Below are positions 26,245 to 38,700 of a stretch of 60,060 bases of DNA, one piece after another. Positions within the stretch are counted from its first letter, which is position 1. Each line of letters opens with the position of its first letter. The position numbers and the translations under genes are program-made. Location: positions 68,932-128,991 of the forward strand of contig PS015198.1 of NCBI GenBank assembly GCA_048213135.1, in the 5' to 3' direction. The notes beneath the pieces were generated by a model, which was not told the DNA's origin, did not search any database, and saw nothing but the letters and a program-made list of their open reading frames with translations. Source of the stretch: Reclinomonas americana ATCC 50394 (Eukaryota).

Positions 26245-27376
26245 AACAAGCAATTCAAGGTGGCGGTAGAGGAGGAATGGATGTGGAGAGGAAGACACTG
26301 CCGTGGATGGAAGACGGTAGATTTGCACCGGTGCGTGGTGAGGGAGTGAGAGTCAGACAGAAGGGGGAAAGAGAGAGGGGAGAGATTTCGCTGGGCTAGC
26401 AGCACATGCAAGTTGTATGCGAGATCAATAGAGCTTGTCGAAAGAGAAGAAGAAAGCAGATTCGCAGAGCACCAAGAGGATTTTTCTGAGCAGTTGCCTG
26501 GTGTTGTGAGGGCTGGACTTTGCATGTGAGTTTTCTCTTCAACCAGCTGACCACTGTTGTTGTCGTAGGAGGAAGAGCAAGGCGAGGGGAGGAAGATTGG
26601 AACCGGGGACCGTCATGAAACTTGCGAGGCGAATGAATGCTGCTGTGCGAGTAGCCGCCAGGAAGCATGCATCTGTTGTCGTGAAGTTGCCTGAGAACAG
26701 ACGTCATATTGACAAGGTCCAGCCATATTCGATGCGGCAGAGCAGCACACCGCTGGTGCATGACTACCGGCGTGCGGAGGGCGTGGTCCATCGCTAGATT
26801 GTGCAGATGACTCGTGTGCATGTGGATCGACTGTGGATGAGCAGAAGCAAGTGATGCGTTTTGCTGAGTCTCTGGATACTCCTGCACCTTCATTCGGCAC
26901 CACCTCAGCAGGTGCGGTTGGAATGCAGTCTCAATGACTATCAGGGTTGTTGGTTTTCAACGAGTTCGTAACTTCTCGTTGTGTTTTTTGTCTGCGTCTG
27001 TTCCTCGGTATCCAGCGCCCTGATGCAGCTGCTCATGTGCTCTGTTGTACTCTGTGCGGAGTTGCTGTCCATCATCATCTCAGCACTCAGCTTCGCCTGA
27101 TCCATGTTCTCTCAAGGATCCGGAGAGAGAGAACTAACCAAGGAGTTATGCATGTGCTGGTCAAGGAGACCGATTGCGGTTGACGATGCACCCAAGGTTG
27201 CCCAGTTCTCTGACACTCCCTCTCTCCTTCTTCCTCCTCCTCACCTTCCACATCACGACTTGTCATACCTTCTCATCTTGCTTCGGATCAACGAATCTTC
27301 ACTCTGTCTCTCTCTTCGTGTCTTGCATCACGCAGTGCGCGTGTGTGTGCAGAAACAACAACCAAGACACACACAA

Positions 27377-27613
27377 ATGGCCTCTCGCCGTCCTCCTCCT
27401 CCTCCTCCACGCCCTCACTCAACAACAACAACAACTCAATCGCTGCCGATGTCTGCCTCTTCTCCGTGCGACGACGAGAAAGCAGACATGATGCTCGTCG
27501 ACAGCAAGCATCATGTAACGACGCCAGTGATGACGGTGATGCATTCCTCCTCTCCTTCCATCAACATCAACGAAGATGATGAAGAGAAGAAGAAGATGAA
27601 GAGCGCATTGGGG
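27377..27613 (+). CDS. First exon of repeat-domain paralogue C (truncated by gap)
   Basis: MASRRPPPPPPRPHSTTTTTQSLPMSASSPCDDEKADMMLVDSKHHV is near-identical to exon 1 of A and B. It is preceded by the same upstream block (ctgacactccctct...catcacgacttgtca). Confidence 0.75.
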
Positions 27614-27695
27614 NNNNNNNNNNNNNNNNNNNNCTACTCTCTCTCTCTCTCTCTCTCCTCCCTCCCCTCCCCCCCCCCCCCCCCCGCGAACTCAC

Positions 27696-30440
27696 CAAAT
27701 CCTTTGGTCTGAACAGACCCGCAAAATACGGATGCTGCAGCGCCTCGGCCATCGATATGCGATCACCAGCCTGCCGCGCCAGCATCCGCCGCATGAGATC
27801 CAACGCTGCGCACAACAAGCACGATGAGTGCGCAGTCACAGCAGCAATCCAACGGGAACCACCAAACCGTGCGCATTCGGCTGCGTAATGCAGTCGTCAA
27901 AATAGGACTCCAGCGACCGCCGCATCGCTCCCAAGCTCGTAATGTATACGCGCCACTGCAATGAGCGTGTGTGTGTGTGTGAGAGAGAAAGAGAGAGAGA
28001 TCTGCTCGTGCAGACTGGCGGAGTTATGTGGCCGAACGAAAAAGGGGAAGGGAAAAGAGAAAAGGAAAAGAGAAGGAAAAGAAAGGTGAAAGAAACTGCA
28101 TATGATTGATTGATAGAGAGTGAAGCAAGGAAAACAGGCAGTTTCAACAGAGAAGAGTGCCAACGTACCTCGTCAGACATGGATACCGGGAGTTCCTCAG
28201 GATCGGGCGGTCCTGTGAATTCCAGCACGCGATGCACCTACACACACTACGGTGACTCCTTTTTGCCACTCACTCTGAAAACACCTTCCCTATCAACCAC
28301 AAACCTGGTCCAAGGTGCTGCATCCCGGAAACGCTGGTCTCCGTCGGTACAGTTCCTGCACACATGAATCAGAAGAGTCAAAAGTGCTGCTCGTCTACTC
28401 ACACTGCGCGGTCCCCACAAACCATCATGATGCAGCCGACACTCTGCCACCCTCAACTGTGTGAGTGCAAGGGAAAGACGAGAAAGTTCCAGGAATCGTG
28501 CACGCAACCCAAACATCGGCCTTTGTTGTGTACGAGGAGCCACCGAGCAACAAGCACGGTGGTCGATACCAACGAGTGATGGCGTACTGCAGCGGAAGTG
28601 TGAATTCTAACGCCAAGCTGGATCAGGATGAGGGGAGACCGCAACTTGTGTCATGGGAAAACCGGCCGTGGCTGTGCGTGCAGCTCCTCGCGACAGACCA
28701 AAATCGCACAGCTTGACACGAATGCATCCTGCACGTGGACGGCGGTGAGCAACGAGCCGCGAGAGATCGGAGACGAGCCTCGCCTCGCTCACCGTCTCCG
28801 CGGTTGACGTCCACCAACACATTGCTGGGTTTCTGTCGACGGAAAAAAAGTCAGAAGACGGCCACCACTTCATGGCACCTTGCTGCAACTCACCAAGTCG
28901 CGGTGCAAAATGGACGCCGAGTGGATCTGGAACACGGAGCGGCACAACTGGAACATGATGCGACGGATTTCACCCTCCGACAGCGTCACCTCGTGCACCA
29001 GTTTGCAGAGATCCGAGTCCATGAGTTCCGTGACAATGAAGCTGTGTGGGATAGAAAGGAAAGGGTGAGAAGGGGAGAGGTAGGGGGAAGGAGGGGGAGG
29101 GAGGGGGGAAGAGGGGAAGAGGGGGGGGGAAGGAGGGGGAAGGAGGGGAAAGAGCGGGAAAGACGGGGAAAGAGGGGGAAAGACGGGGAAAGAGAAGGGG
29201 AAGAGAAGGGGAAGACAAGGGGGAAGACACGGGGCAGGAGAGCGACTGACGTGAGTCGGCCAGAGAACGAGAAACGACAGAAGCATCCGAAGCTGATGAC
29301 AGAGGCAGCTCTCGAGGAGGAAGACAAGCCGATGAGCAACGCAACAAGTCAGAGAACTCCAACAGCGACCCTTGCGGATACGCGTCGATCAACTCGGGCA
29401 CAATCTACAGACGCGCAAGAAGAGTGAGCGAGGAGACAAGGTGCCCCGCGCGCTTTCCGAAGCGTACCTGACTCGCATGCTGCGCCAAATGCTGATGCAC
29501 CAGCAACTCGCGAAGAAACTTGTGCGAGTGATCCGAGCACAGCCACCACCGCGACGATCGCTTCCGATCCGCCGCCGCCATCACATTCATCGACGACTCC
29601 TCCTCATCCTCCACCGCATCCTCCACAGCTTCCGGTCGCGTCATCGGATGGCTCTTGACAGCCACCCATCGATTCTGTTGCCGATCGCGTGCTCGACTGC
29701 ATGAGGAAGAGGCAGCGTGAGGAGGCAGGGGAGGGGAAAGTGGGGGGGAAGAGAGGGGGGAAAGAGGGGGGAAGAGGGGGAGAAAGAAGGGAAGGAGGAG
29801 GGATGATGGTGGAAGAGAAGAGGGAGAGAAAGGGCGAAGAGAAGAGAGGGGCGAAGTGAAGGGGGAAGAAGGGGAAGCGAAGGGGGAAGAGGGGGGAAGA
29901 GAGGAGGAAGAGGAAAGTTATGAATGCTGCGCTGTATCTCACTGTACAGAGACTCGATACGGACACACATGAGCCCGGTTTCCCGCTCAAGATGCACAAG
30001 TTGCTCGAGTCTCTCTCTTGAACACTCTCCCCCATTCCCTCTCTCCTCTTGCCTCACAGTGCGCATCAAGTGCGCGCAAAAAAAGCGCATGTGTTCGATG
30101 TCACAACATGTGAGTGACTGTGAGTGACAAGGGAGAGCCTGAATAAAAAACCGCATCTCCACATCTTCTCTGTCTCACTTGCACACACACTTGACCCGCA
30201 CAGTCATGACACACTCACACAACTCTCTCACTCACACACACTCTCGCTCTCTCCTTCTCTGTGTGTCTCTGTCTGTCTCTCTCTTTTTGTTGTCTATGTC
30301 TGTCTCTCTCTCTCTCTCTCTCACCTCACAACACCAAAGGAACCCGAGCCAAGAATGGTCCCATCGATCTCATAACGAGGAGATGCGCATCTGGAGGTCG
30401 CCGACGATGACGAAGACGATGACGACTGACTGAATGACAT
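27696..30440 (-). CDS. MAP kinase-like CMGC protein kinase (TQY activation loop); 3' end lost in gap
   Basis: Spliced motifs: MSFSQ..YEIDGTILGSGSFGVV|SRARDRQQNRWVAVK..FLRELLV|..|FIVTELMDSDL..ILHRDL|KPSNVLV|VKLCDFGLSRG..MTQ|YAITRWYRPPCLLLG..KADVW|SVGCIMM|ELYRRRPAFPG..DQ|..ALDLMRRML..DRISMAEALQHPYF. Confidence 0.9.
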
Positions 30441-31629
30441 TCTGTCTCTCACACACTCTCACACACTCTCACACACACACTCTCTCACTGAGAGACAGAC
30501 ACACACACACACACTGTGTGCCAGTCACGTGTGGAGTCACGGTGTCTTGGCGCACGCACACTGGTGACAGAGAGAGAAGGGACGTGAGAGGGACAGCAAG
30601 TACGACGTCGCGTAAAGGCTTTTGTTTTCTCGACCCCCTTGCGTGTCCTGCCAAGGGTAAACAATGTATCATGAGCGCACAGGCTAACACAACAGGAAAC
30701 CTCGTTCCCTTTGATGCAATGTGATGTGCGAAGTGATCCGCGGCCAGACGTCGTCGAAGCTTTAGAAGATGGGCATTGAGAGCGGCCAGCTGCGCCGAGT
30801 GGTGGACAGATGCTGCGTGGAGATCTTGCAATATTCGCTTTCCGCTGTGCTGGTGGCAACCTGGGTCAAAACCAGAACCAAGCGAACAATCTCCCACCTC
30901 AGGGCAATTAGAACCATCGCGTCGCTACTGCAAAACCCAGTTTCAACGAGTTCAGCGTCTACGTAGGCCGCCGACACTATTTGCGCCACGAAATCCTCTA
31001 GAGGCCAACACGCGTTTGATTGGCTTTGCCTCTCCTGAAAGGGAAGATGACTGTTGGAGAAGAGCAACTATGTTTTTTGTAAATTGTTGGTGCGCCAAGG
31101 CCATTGTCGGCAAGGACATTTGTCGCAATGTGGCGAATGATCATCAAGTGTTTTGTGTGGTTTCTGAAGTGCGAAGCCTCGAATAGCAGCAGCTCATCCA
31201 AACAGCAGCACAGCCGCTTGGAGATTACCATCTTGAGTGAGCACCAGAAACCATGACATCCCGAAACAGTTCGAACCGTAAATGCCGACGTTTCCAGTGA
31301 CTCGCACTCTTCGGAGGGCACTCTGCTGTGGCACGACATGCGCCGGTCACAGCGATTTTCGAGCTGTCAAGAGGGCGCACATTGCTGGCAAGGCAAGCAG
31401 GCACAGTTGGCTAGACACCACTCGCGGATTGATGCACTCTGTCGAGGCCCGAAACGAAACAACTGCTCGCCACGATTCTCCCTCCCCTTCGCTCACTCTC
31501 CCTCATGTTCCCCCTCTCACTGCAACGCACTCCTCGTCTCTCGCTGGACAGGAGATACTCTTCCTATCTCTCTCTTACACATGCACTCACGTTTGAGGGG
31601 CGACGTCGCAAGCATGTACAAGTGTTGTA

Positions 31630-32126
31630 TTACATCGAGGTGCGTTGCAGCACCACGTAGGTGGTGGCAAACCCAATGCCCTTGACCTCCACGCTCGCCA
31701 TTTCGACCTCGAAGAGACCACGCGTCTTTCGAAAGGTCGACTGCGACGAAGAACGCAACTGTGAGCGGACGAAGATTCATGACCATTGTCGTGCTGCGTA
31801 CCTCGCTCATCTGTACACCCCCGTAGGCGGCCGAGCTTTCCATCCGCGACGCCATGTTGACCGAATCTGTTGAAGCAGCACAGACGATGGTGAACAACAG
31901 GTTTATTGACAGATAGGACAGCGCTCAAACGAGAGGTGAAATGATCACAAAATACGTGATCCCCAGCAAGTTTCTTGCAACTATGCAACACCAACAAAGG
32001 CGGAGTACGAACCATATCGGCCACGAATAATTATCGCTCTGCATCTGCTCAATGCGTCAACTCGTGCTCTCGTAGAAACTCGCCTCTCTCATTTCCTCAC
32101 TCTCTCCCATTTTCCTCTCTCTCTCC

Positions 32127-32210
<84 letters not shown>

Positions 32211-32702
32211 CTACTACTACTACTACTCTCGTACTACGTACTACGTACGTACCGTAACGTCGTACGTACGNNNNNNNNNNNNNNNNNNNNNNNNNNNNNN
32301 NNNNNNNNNNNNNNNNNNNNNNNNNNNNNNNNNNNNNNNNNNNNNNNNNNNNNNNNNNNNNNNNNNNNNNNNNNNNNNNNNNNNNNNNNNNNNNNNNNNN
32401 NNNNNNNNNNNNNNNNNNNNNNNNNNNNNNNNNNNNNNNNNNNNNNNNNNNNNNNNNNNNNNNNNNNNNNNNNNNNNNNNNNNNNNNNNNNNNNNNNNNN
32501 NNNNNNNNNNNNNNNNNNNNNNNNNNNNNNNNNNNNNNNNNNNNNNNNNNNNNNNNNNNNNNNNNNNNNNNNNNNNNNNNNNNNNNNNNNNNNNNNNNNN
32601 NNNNNNNCCGTACCGTACCGTACCGTACCGTACCGTACGTACCGTACCGTACCGTACCGTACCGTACGTACGTCTCTCGCCGCTCGCACTACACTACTAC
32701 TA

Positions 32703-32778
<76 letters not shown>

Positions 32779-35700
32779 CAGTACGCAACTCGTGCAGCAG
32801 TGGTGCGAATGACGCCCCTTGCTTCCAATGCAAACTCCGTCACCGCAGCCGCATGATCGTGGCGCGGCAGGTACATGCCGGCCACCGCAAGGTACGCCGC
32901 TCCTGTCGCCGAAATCGGGTGAGCACGAGGAAAAGGTGACAGCGATTTCACCAGTGCCTCCACTCACCAATCGTCTTCACCCGCTCGATACCGAGTTTCG
33001 AGACGAGGCGGTCGAGTGCACAGACGACCTCGTGCACCACCTCAATGCGCTCCGTCAGAGACACCTGTTCATCTGCACGGGGAGGCACCACAAGGTCAGT
33101 CAGGGAGAGAGAAGAGACAGAGAGAGAAGCTGTCTTGGTGTGTTGTCTCTTGTACTCATGTCGTCACCTCCTCTCTTGATATCCTGCTTCTCACTTCTTC
33201 GCCTTTTCAGCAGACTGTCTCTGCGTCTCTCGCGTTTCTTTCACTCTCGTTGCCCCCTCTCCATGTGCCCATCAGAATCCTTTGACAATCCTTTGCCACT
33301 TCATCAGACTGCTCTGCGTCTTTTGCGTTTCTCTCACTCTCTAATTCTATCTCTCCCATTGCCTCCCTTTTTCACTCTGGTTCTCTCGCTGTTGTCTGTC
33401 TGTCTCTCCTTACTCTCTCTCTCTCTCTCTCATTCTCCCTCTCTTTCGGTCTCTTTCTCTCATTGTCACTCTCTCTCACTCTACATAGCTTCTCTCTCAC
33501 TGCCCCTTATTTGTTTATCAAGAGCCCCATCTTGGCCTTGGCAACGAGACCCTCTTCCTCTCCATCTCTCTCCGTCAGTTTCAGCAGGTATCACATAGAG
33601 AGAAAGAGGAAACCCGAGAATCAGCTGAGGACCGCATCCAGCCCCTCTCCTTCCCCCTAGTCCCCCCCTCTCCCTCCCTTCCCTTTCCGCACCTCTCCTC
33701 GTCACCGACGCGATCTTGACAAACACACACGTCACATCGGCGTGGTGCTCAAACAGTGTCGGCCTGGCATCGCCTCCAACGCTACCGACGTCGGACTGAT
33801 GGAAAGTACACGAAAATCAGTACCGCACTCTGGTGCGAAGAAGACAAGGGCGAAGAAAGCATAGACCAAACCATATCAAGCATCTCCAGTGCACGCGCAG
33901 TCGAGGTTGCGCGCATTTTGTCGAGTGCGGCGGGAGGGAAAATGGTGCTCAGCAACTGCGCAAGATACAAACAATGAGGATCGGAAGACGGAATCCAAAC
34001 ATCAAGACAGAGCACCCCCGACGAGAAACAGTAGAAGAGAGTCGAACTGTCTAACGCACACCACTGCTCCTGTGCTAGATTTCAGATAGGAATGCAAAAC
34101 GATAGGAAAGGAAAACCAATGAAGGCTGTCAATGTGCACAACAGTACGATAAGAAACAAAGGTCGTGCTGACGTTTCTGAAGAAGACCTTGTGCCACACT
34201 CCAAACACACATGCAGAAAGAAGCAAAAATGAGTCAGTGTCATTATCTAGCGACCATCAACCCTTCCAACTACGCGCGTGAATAAGGCCCTCACAGAAAC
34301 TCAGCAGTGCCTCTCAATCTCCTTCCCTTGCCCTTCACTACGTCGCTGGGCGTGGCGCATTATCTCGTGGCCGCCTTCCGGTGCATGGTGTTCCTGTTGC
34401 AGCCGCAGGGAGCGTACTACCCAACGCTACTCTCTCTACCTTTCCTTCCATTCCATCCACTTCTCCCTCTCCCTTCCCCCTTCTCCTTACCTGACACAAT
34501 CTGGCATTCTTCGCCTGCTGCTGCTGCATCGACACTCGCTGCACATTGGGCATCGACAGTCGCACCATCACTCGTCTGATCGAGTCGCCGGCAGTCTGGC
34601 AGGCCCACAGCACGAGACGCTCCCTACGAACCACAAAACAGCATGTCAGCCCGCCCACTTTCTCCCTGAAGGCGAGGCCAAGAATAAATGTACGCAACAC
34701 GTTGCCGGTCTTGCACCGCACGTTGACCTCGATACCCTCCGAGCGCATGCCGGCATTCAACACCTCCTGCATCACCATGCCCTCCAGCAGCAACAGAATG
34801 TTCTCGTGATGCGACTGCGAGGTCAGGTCCTCGGTGCAGTAGCCAGTCATGCGTGTCACTGTCGTGTTGCACCACTGAATCTCGCCATTCTCGTCGGTCC
34901 ACAGAATCTGCACACGAGCATGTGAGACATATGTAGACAGATGTCACGAAGACTCAAAACTCGTTGCACGCAACTGCATCCGACGAGCTACACAGCATGT
35001 TGCTCATCTCGTCAACCTTCTCCTCGTAGACGGCGCGCACCTTGACTTCGTCGACAATGGAGCGCATGATTGCACACAAATAGCGCTGACCACGCATGGT
35101 GACGACCATCACTTCCAGGCGCGTAGGAAGGAGGTTGCCATTCTTCTGCAAGGCCTGCACTTCCAAGCTTGTTGTTCTGCATGGGAGTGGTGAGCTCCTG
35201 CAGACTGTAATTATAACTATCGCGTGGTACGCACTTAGAACACGCGGGCTTGACATTGTCGGTTGAAGAGTCCAATTGAAAGAGAAACCGCGCGACATAC
35301 CTGCAGCACATCACCAGTGAGCACACCTTCCCACTGCCCTATTTCGCTCTGCTATCATTTTTCCTTGCCTCGCTCAAAGACAGCAGTGTGGGAGAAAGCC
35401 CGGAAAGAAAACGACAGCAGAGAGCGAAGGAAGGAAGGCACTTCATGCGCTTTCCCTTCTCTCCCTCTCCCCTCCCCCTCTCTTCCTCCTCTTCTCCCCT
35501 CTCTTCGCCTCCTTTCGCAACGCAACGAATCATGTCTCTCGGCATGCGGCGACGGCATCAGCACGCGAATGTGCCTCCCGAGCAGTTCGTCGGCACTGCC
35601 ATAGCCAAACATGCGCACCGCCGTGGCATTCACTTGCTCCATCACTCCATCCTCTCGCGCCACCACCACCGCCTCGGGTGACGTGCGGGTGGCCAACGCC

Positions 35701-38700
35701 AACTGACAAAAGACATGCACTCGAGTCAGGAGACAAGCGCATGCCAAGTTGAAGGACGACCACATCCGCACCTTGTTCAGTCGGTCTTTCTCGCGGGCCA
35801 CAGCAGCCACCTTTTCGCTAATGTCGCGAAGCTGCACCGCAAAGAGACGTCGCTCGCCGACATGGCACTCGACCACCATCAGCGCGACGGGGACCATGCT
35901 ACCGTCACGGTGGCATGCCTGAACGCCGCCAGAATGAGTGAGAAGACCAGGGAAGGGGGGCTTGCACGTGAGAACACGCTGACCTCGGCATCACGCGTGA
36001 TGGCTAGTGGGCGACGGCTGGCCACCGGCTGCGCCATGTAGCGCGCCAGGTGGCCGTCGTGAGCGGCATGCAACCGAGGTGGAATAATCGTCTGCGTGCG
36101 CCACCATATTGAACTGAGTATAGATCGCCGCCACCAGCCACAACTCACGAACGCGCCACCCAACCTTGATATTCATACCGACAATGCTCTCACTCGAGTA
36201 ACCGAGACAGCGTGTGAAGCGCCGGTTGATGAATTCGATGGTGCCCTGTGGTTGCACATGCAATGAGCTTCACATACGGAATAAATCGTCCGCTCCTCGC
36301 AACGTACCGCTTCGCTTGTCAAGACCAGAGCGCAACCTGTGAACAGAGGAGTCAGTCGCCGCGTCGCTCCACATGTGCGGAACCCTTGTGAAGCGCAACT
36401 CGACAGAATCTCGCGCAGATAGAACTCGCTCTCGTTCATCTGGTGGTTCAGTTTCATCGAGGCCAGAAGCGCATCTGCACCATCATCGGTCAGCATAGCG
36501 CAATAGTTCCTTAACATAGCGTCTGTCACGCAACGAGGCAGCAGCTGCATCTGCAGCTCAGGAACCGCGTTGACCACGGCTGTCGGCACTTGAAGGAGCG
36601 AGCGCTTGAAGAATCGCAGTTGTTGATCGACTTCGCGGAGAAGTGGGGCGACGCACAGCACTGAGAAGAGCAGCGTGCCGAGCACACCCACCGCCACAAT
36701 CGCCATCGAGGTGAATTCGGCGCGTCCAATTGTCCGTTCCAGGCCGAGACGCAGAGACTGTGTGTGCGCGCGCAAGTGAGCGAGACACATCAAAGCTCCC
36801 TGCACGCGCGCAGCAACAGCAACAACGCACCACCAAACTAGCATCAAAGTAGCGCACAAGGGTCTCGTGCGCTGCGAGAATGAAATTCAGATCGTTCAGG
36901 TCGGCGGCACTCGGCGGATTCGTCACGTGTTCGGCAAGCCCCGAAGCAGCTGTCATCATCGAGTTCATCTGGCGACGAGCGTTGCTGGTGAGCAAACAGA
37001 ACGGGGACCACACATAATTGCTGCCGATGCATCGCAAACCAGTGCGCTAATCGGCAGACAGCGGACGATCTTTGCCCACTGTGGATTGGTATCCACGGAT
37101 AACTCCGCCTCGCTGCATCGAGCATCGTACAGCAAGTCCGCTTGCGTCTGGTCGTCCCACCCACTGTTGGTCACCAGATCGGCAATCACCTCTTGCTGCT
37201 CGAGAAACTGGCATGCAGTTCACACAGGTCGTGAGGATCTTGGACAAAGAAAAACACCACCCTGACAACAGGAACAAACCTTGGACACAACGCGCTTCAT
37301 CACCAGCTTCGACTCCTCCAGCATCACAAGTCCAATGGGGTGCGTGAGTTCCACGGCGGCCATGGCCACCGCGGGCAGCATGGCATTGCGCGTCTCAATA
37401 TCATTGAAAATCTCCATGCTGCGTGAGGTGGCGGTGGCCACTGACGATGCGCACAGGCTGCGAGGATGACAGAGAACAAAGACGTCACGCTATCGGGAAG
37501 ATTGGGGTGGATAGTTGATCACTAGCGTACGCAACGTCAACACCAACGTCACCGAGAGCGCGATCAGAACCAGCGCCGCGGCGCGCACCACTAGGTTGCG
37601 CAGAAATTGAAAGTCGACGGTGGTGCACTGCGTCGCCACATACTTGGGCGTCACAATGGTGGAGGGATGTATTCCCTGCACGACAGAAACATACACACGT
37701 CAGGCGCTGTGCCATACCACCACCACGATGCACCAATCGGCACGCAACATCGCGCACAGTGTGCGTCATCTCCAGATACTGCAAGTACCGGTCGCGAATC
37801 TTGTGGCACACCGATTGCATGTCCTTTTTCGGAACGAGGGTGAACGCCTGCAACGACTCGCGCAGTCGCTGCCTCATGTTCAGCGCCACTGGTAGGAAGA
37901 TTACCAGCAGGATTCCCAGACACAGTCTGCACCTCTCGTCAGCATATTAACAAGTACAACGACTGGGATAGACACGCACCCTATGCCGATTGCGAAATCC
38001 GTCCACACTTCCTTGTTGAACGATGCCGCGTCGCTCTCGGTCGCCACGTTCACTTGGTCGGCAATCGTCAAAATAATGTCGCTGACCACCATGCCGTTGG
38101 CGGCGGCAAAAACCACAGACTCGCGATCGACGCTTACAGAGCCACGCAAATCTCGCACCGGCATGTTTGCCACATCCTGCAGCACGACTTGTGTAAGCAA
38201 CTACGGCCACACGAAGACGGGTTGAGTCGATTCGCACGTACCATAACGGACTCCACAAACTTGCTAATCACATCCAAAGCAGGCGACTGAGAGACAACCA
38301 CCACTCCCTCCGTGGCAGTGGTGCCCTCCACCTCGCGAATACTCACCATTCGCGCCGATGCAGTGGTATCATCGCTGTGCGGAGCGTGACATTAGTATTG
38401 TGCGTGTTCGAGGAGGGGGGAGAATACGCACAGACTGGCGGCGGCGTCCACCACTCGTCGAACATACGTCGCATTCGTGACGAGGTCGATACGTAAGGCA
38501 TTCACTGCGGCCTCCGCGTCTGTCACCGCGGATGATTCCACGACGTCGCCCCACAGCTGTATCGCCGACAGCGAAGCTCGCGATGCGTAGGCGCTGCGTG
38601 GAAAATGAGTCTTCGTCATGAAGAGAGGGAAGAAGGGAAGTCAACATCATGAAGACCTTGCAGAGGCCAAATCCAGTGACAGCTCTCGCTGAGAGGCGAA

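Larger units (their letters stand above)
9881..27613 (+). repeat. Tandem segmental duplication, unit ~8-9 kb (gene plus ~1 kb downstream spacer)
   Basis: The upstream motif ctgacactccctct recurs at 9881, 17958 and 27209. The spacers 16977-17950 and 26245-27200 share blocks such as ggaagagcaag, ttgcgaggcgaatgaatgctg, ggatactcctgcac and tgatgcagctgctcatgtgc. Confidence 0.9.

Noticed and set aside
30720-31600. Possible small gene between the MAPK and the cyclase 3' end
   Set aside because: Only short ORFs on both strands, with no recognisable motif or consistent exon chain.
32225-32670. (CCGTA)n array as telomeric or functional repeat
   Set aside because: It is intronic, grades into other microsatellites and abuts a gap, so it is likely simple repeat or low-quality sequence.
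33782-33870. SAVLIFVYFPSV as the first cyclase strand ending in a premature stop
   Set aside because: This segment is intronic (gtttgg...catcag). The true strand VTCVFVKIAS lies in the next exon, so the gene is not truncated here.
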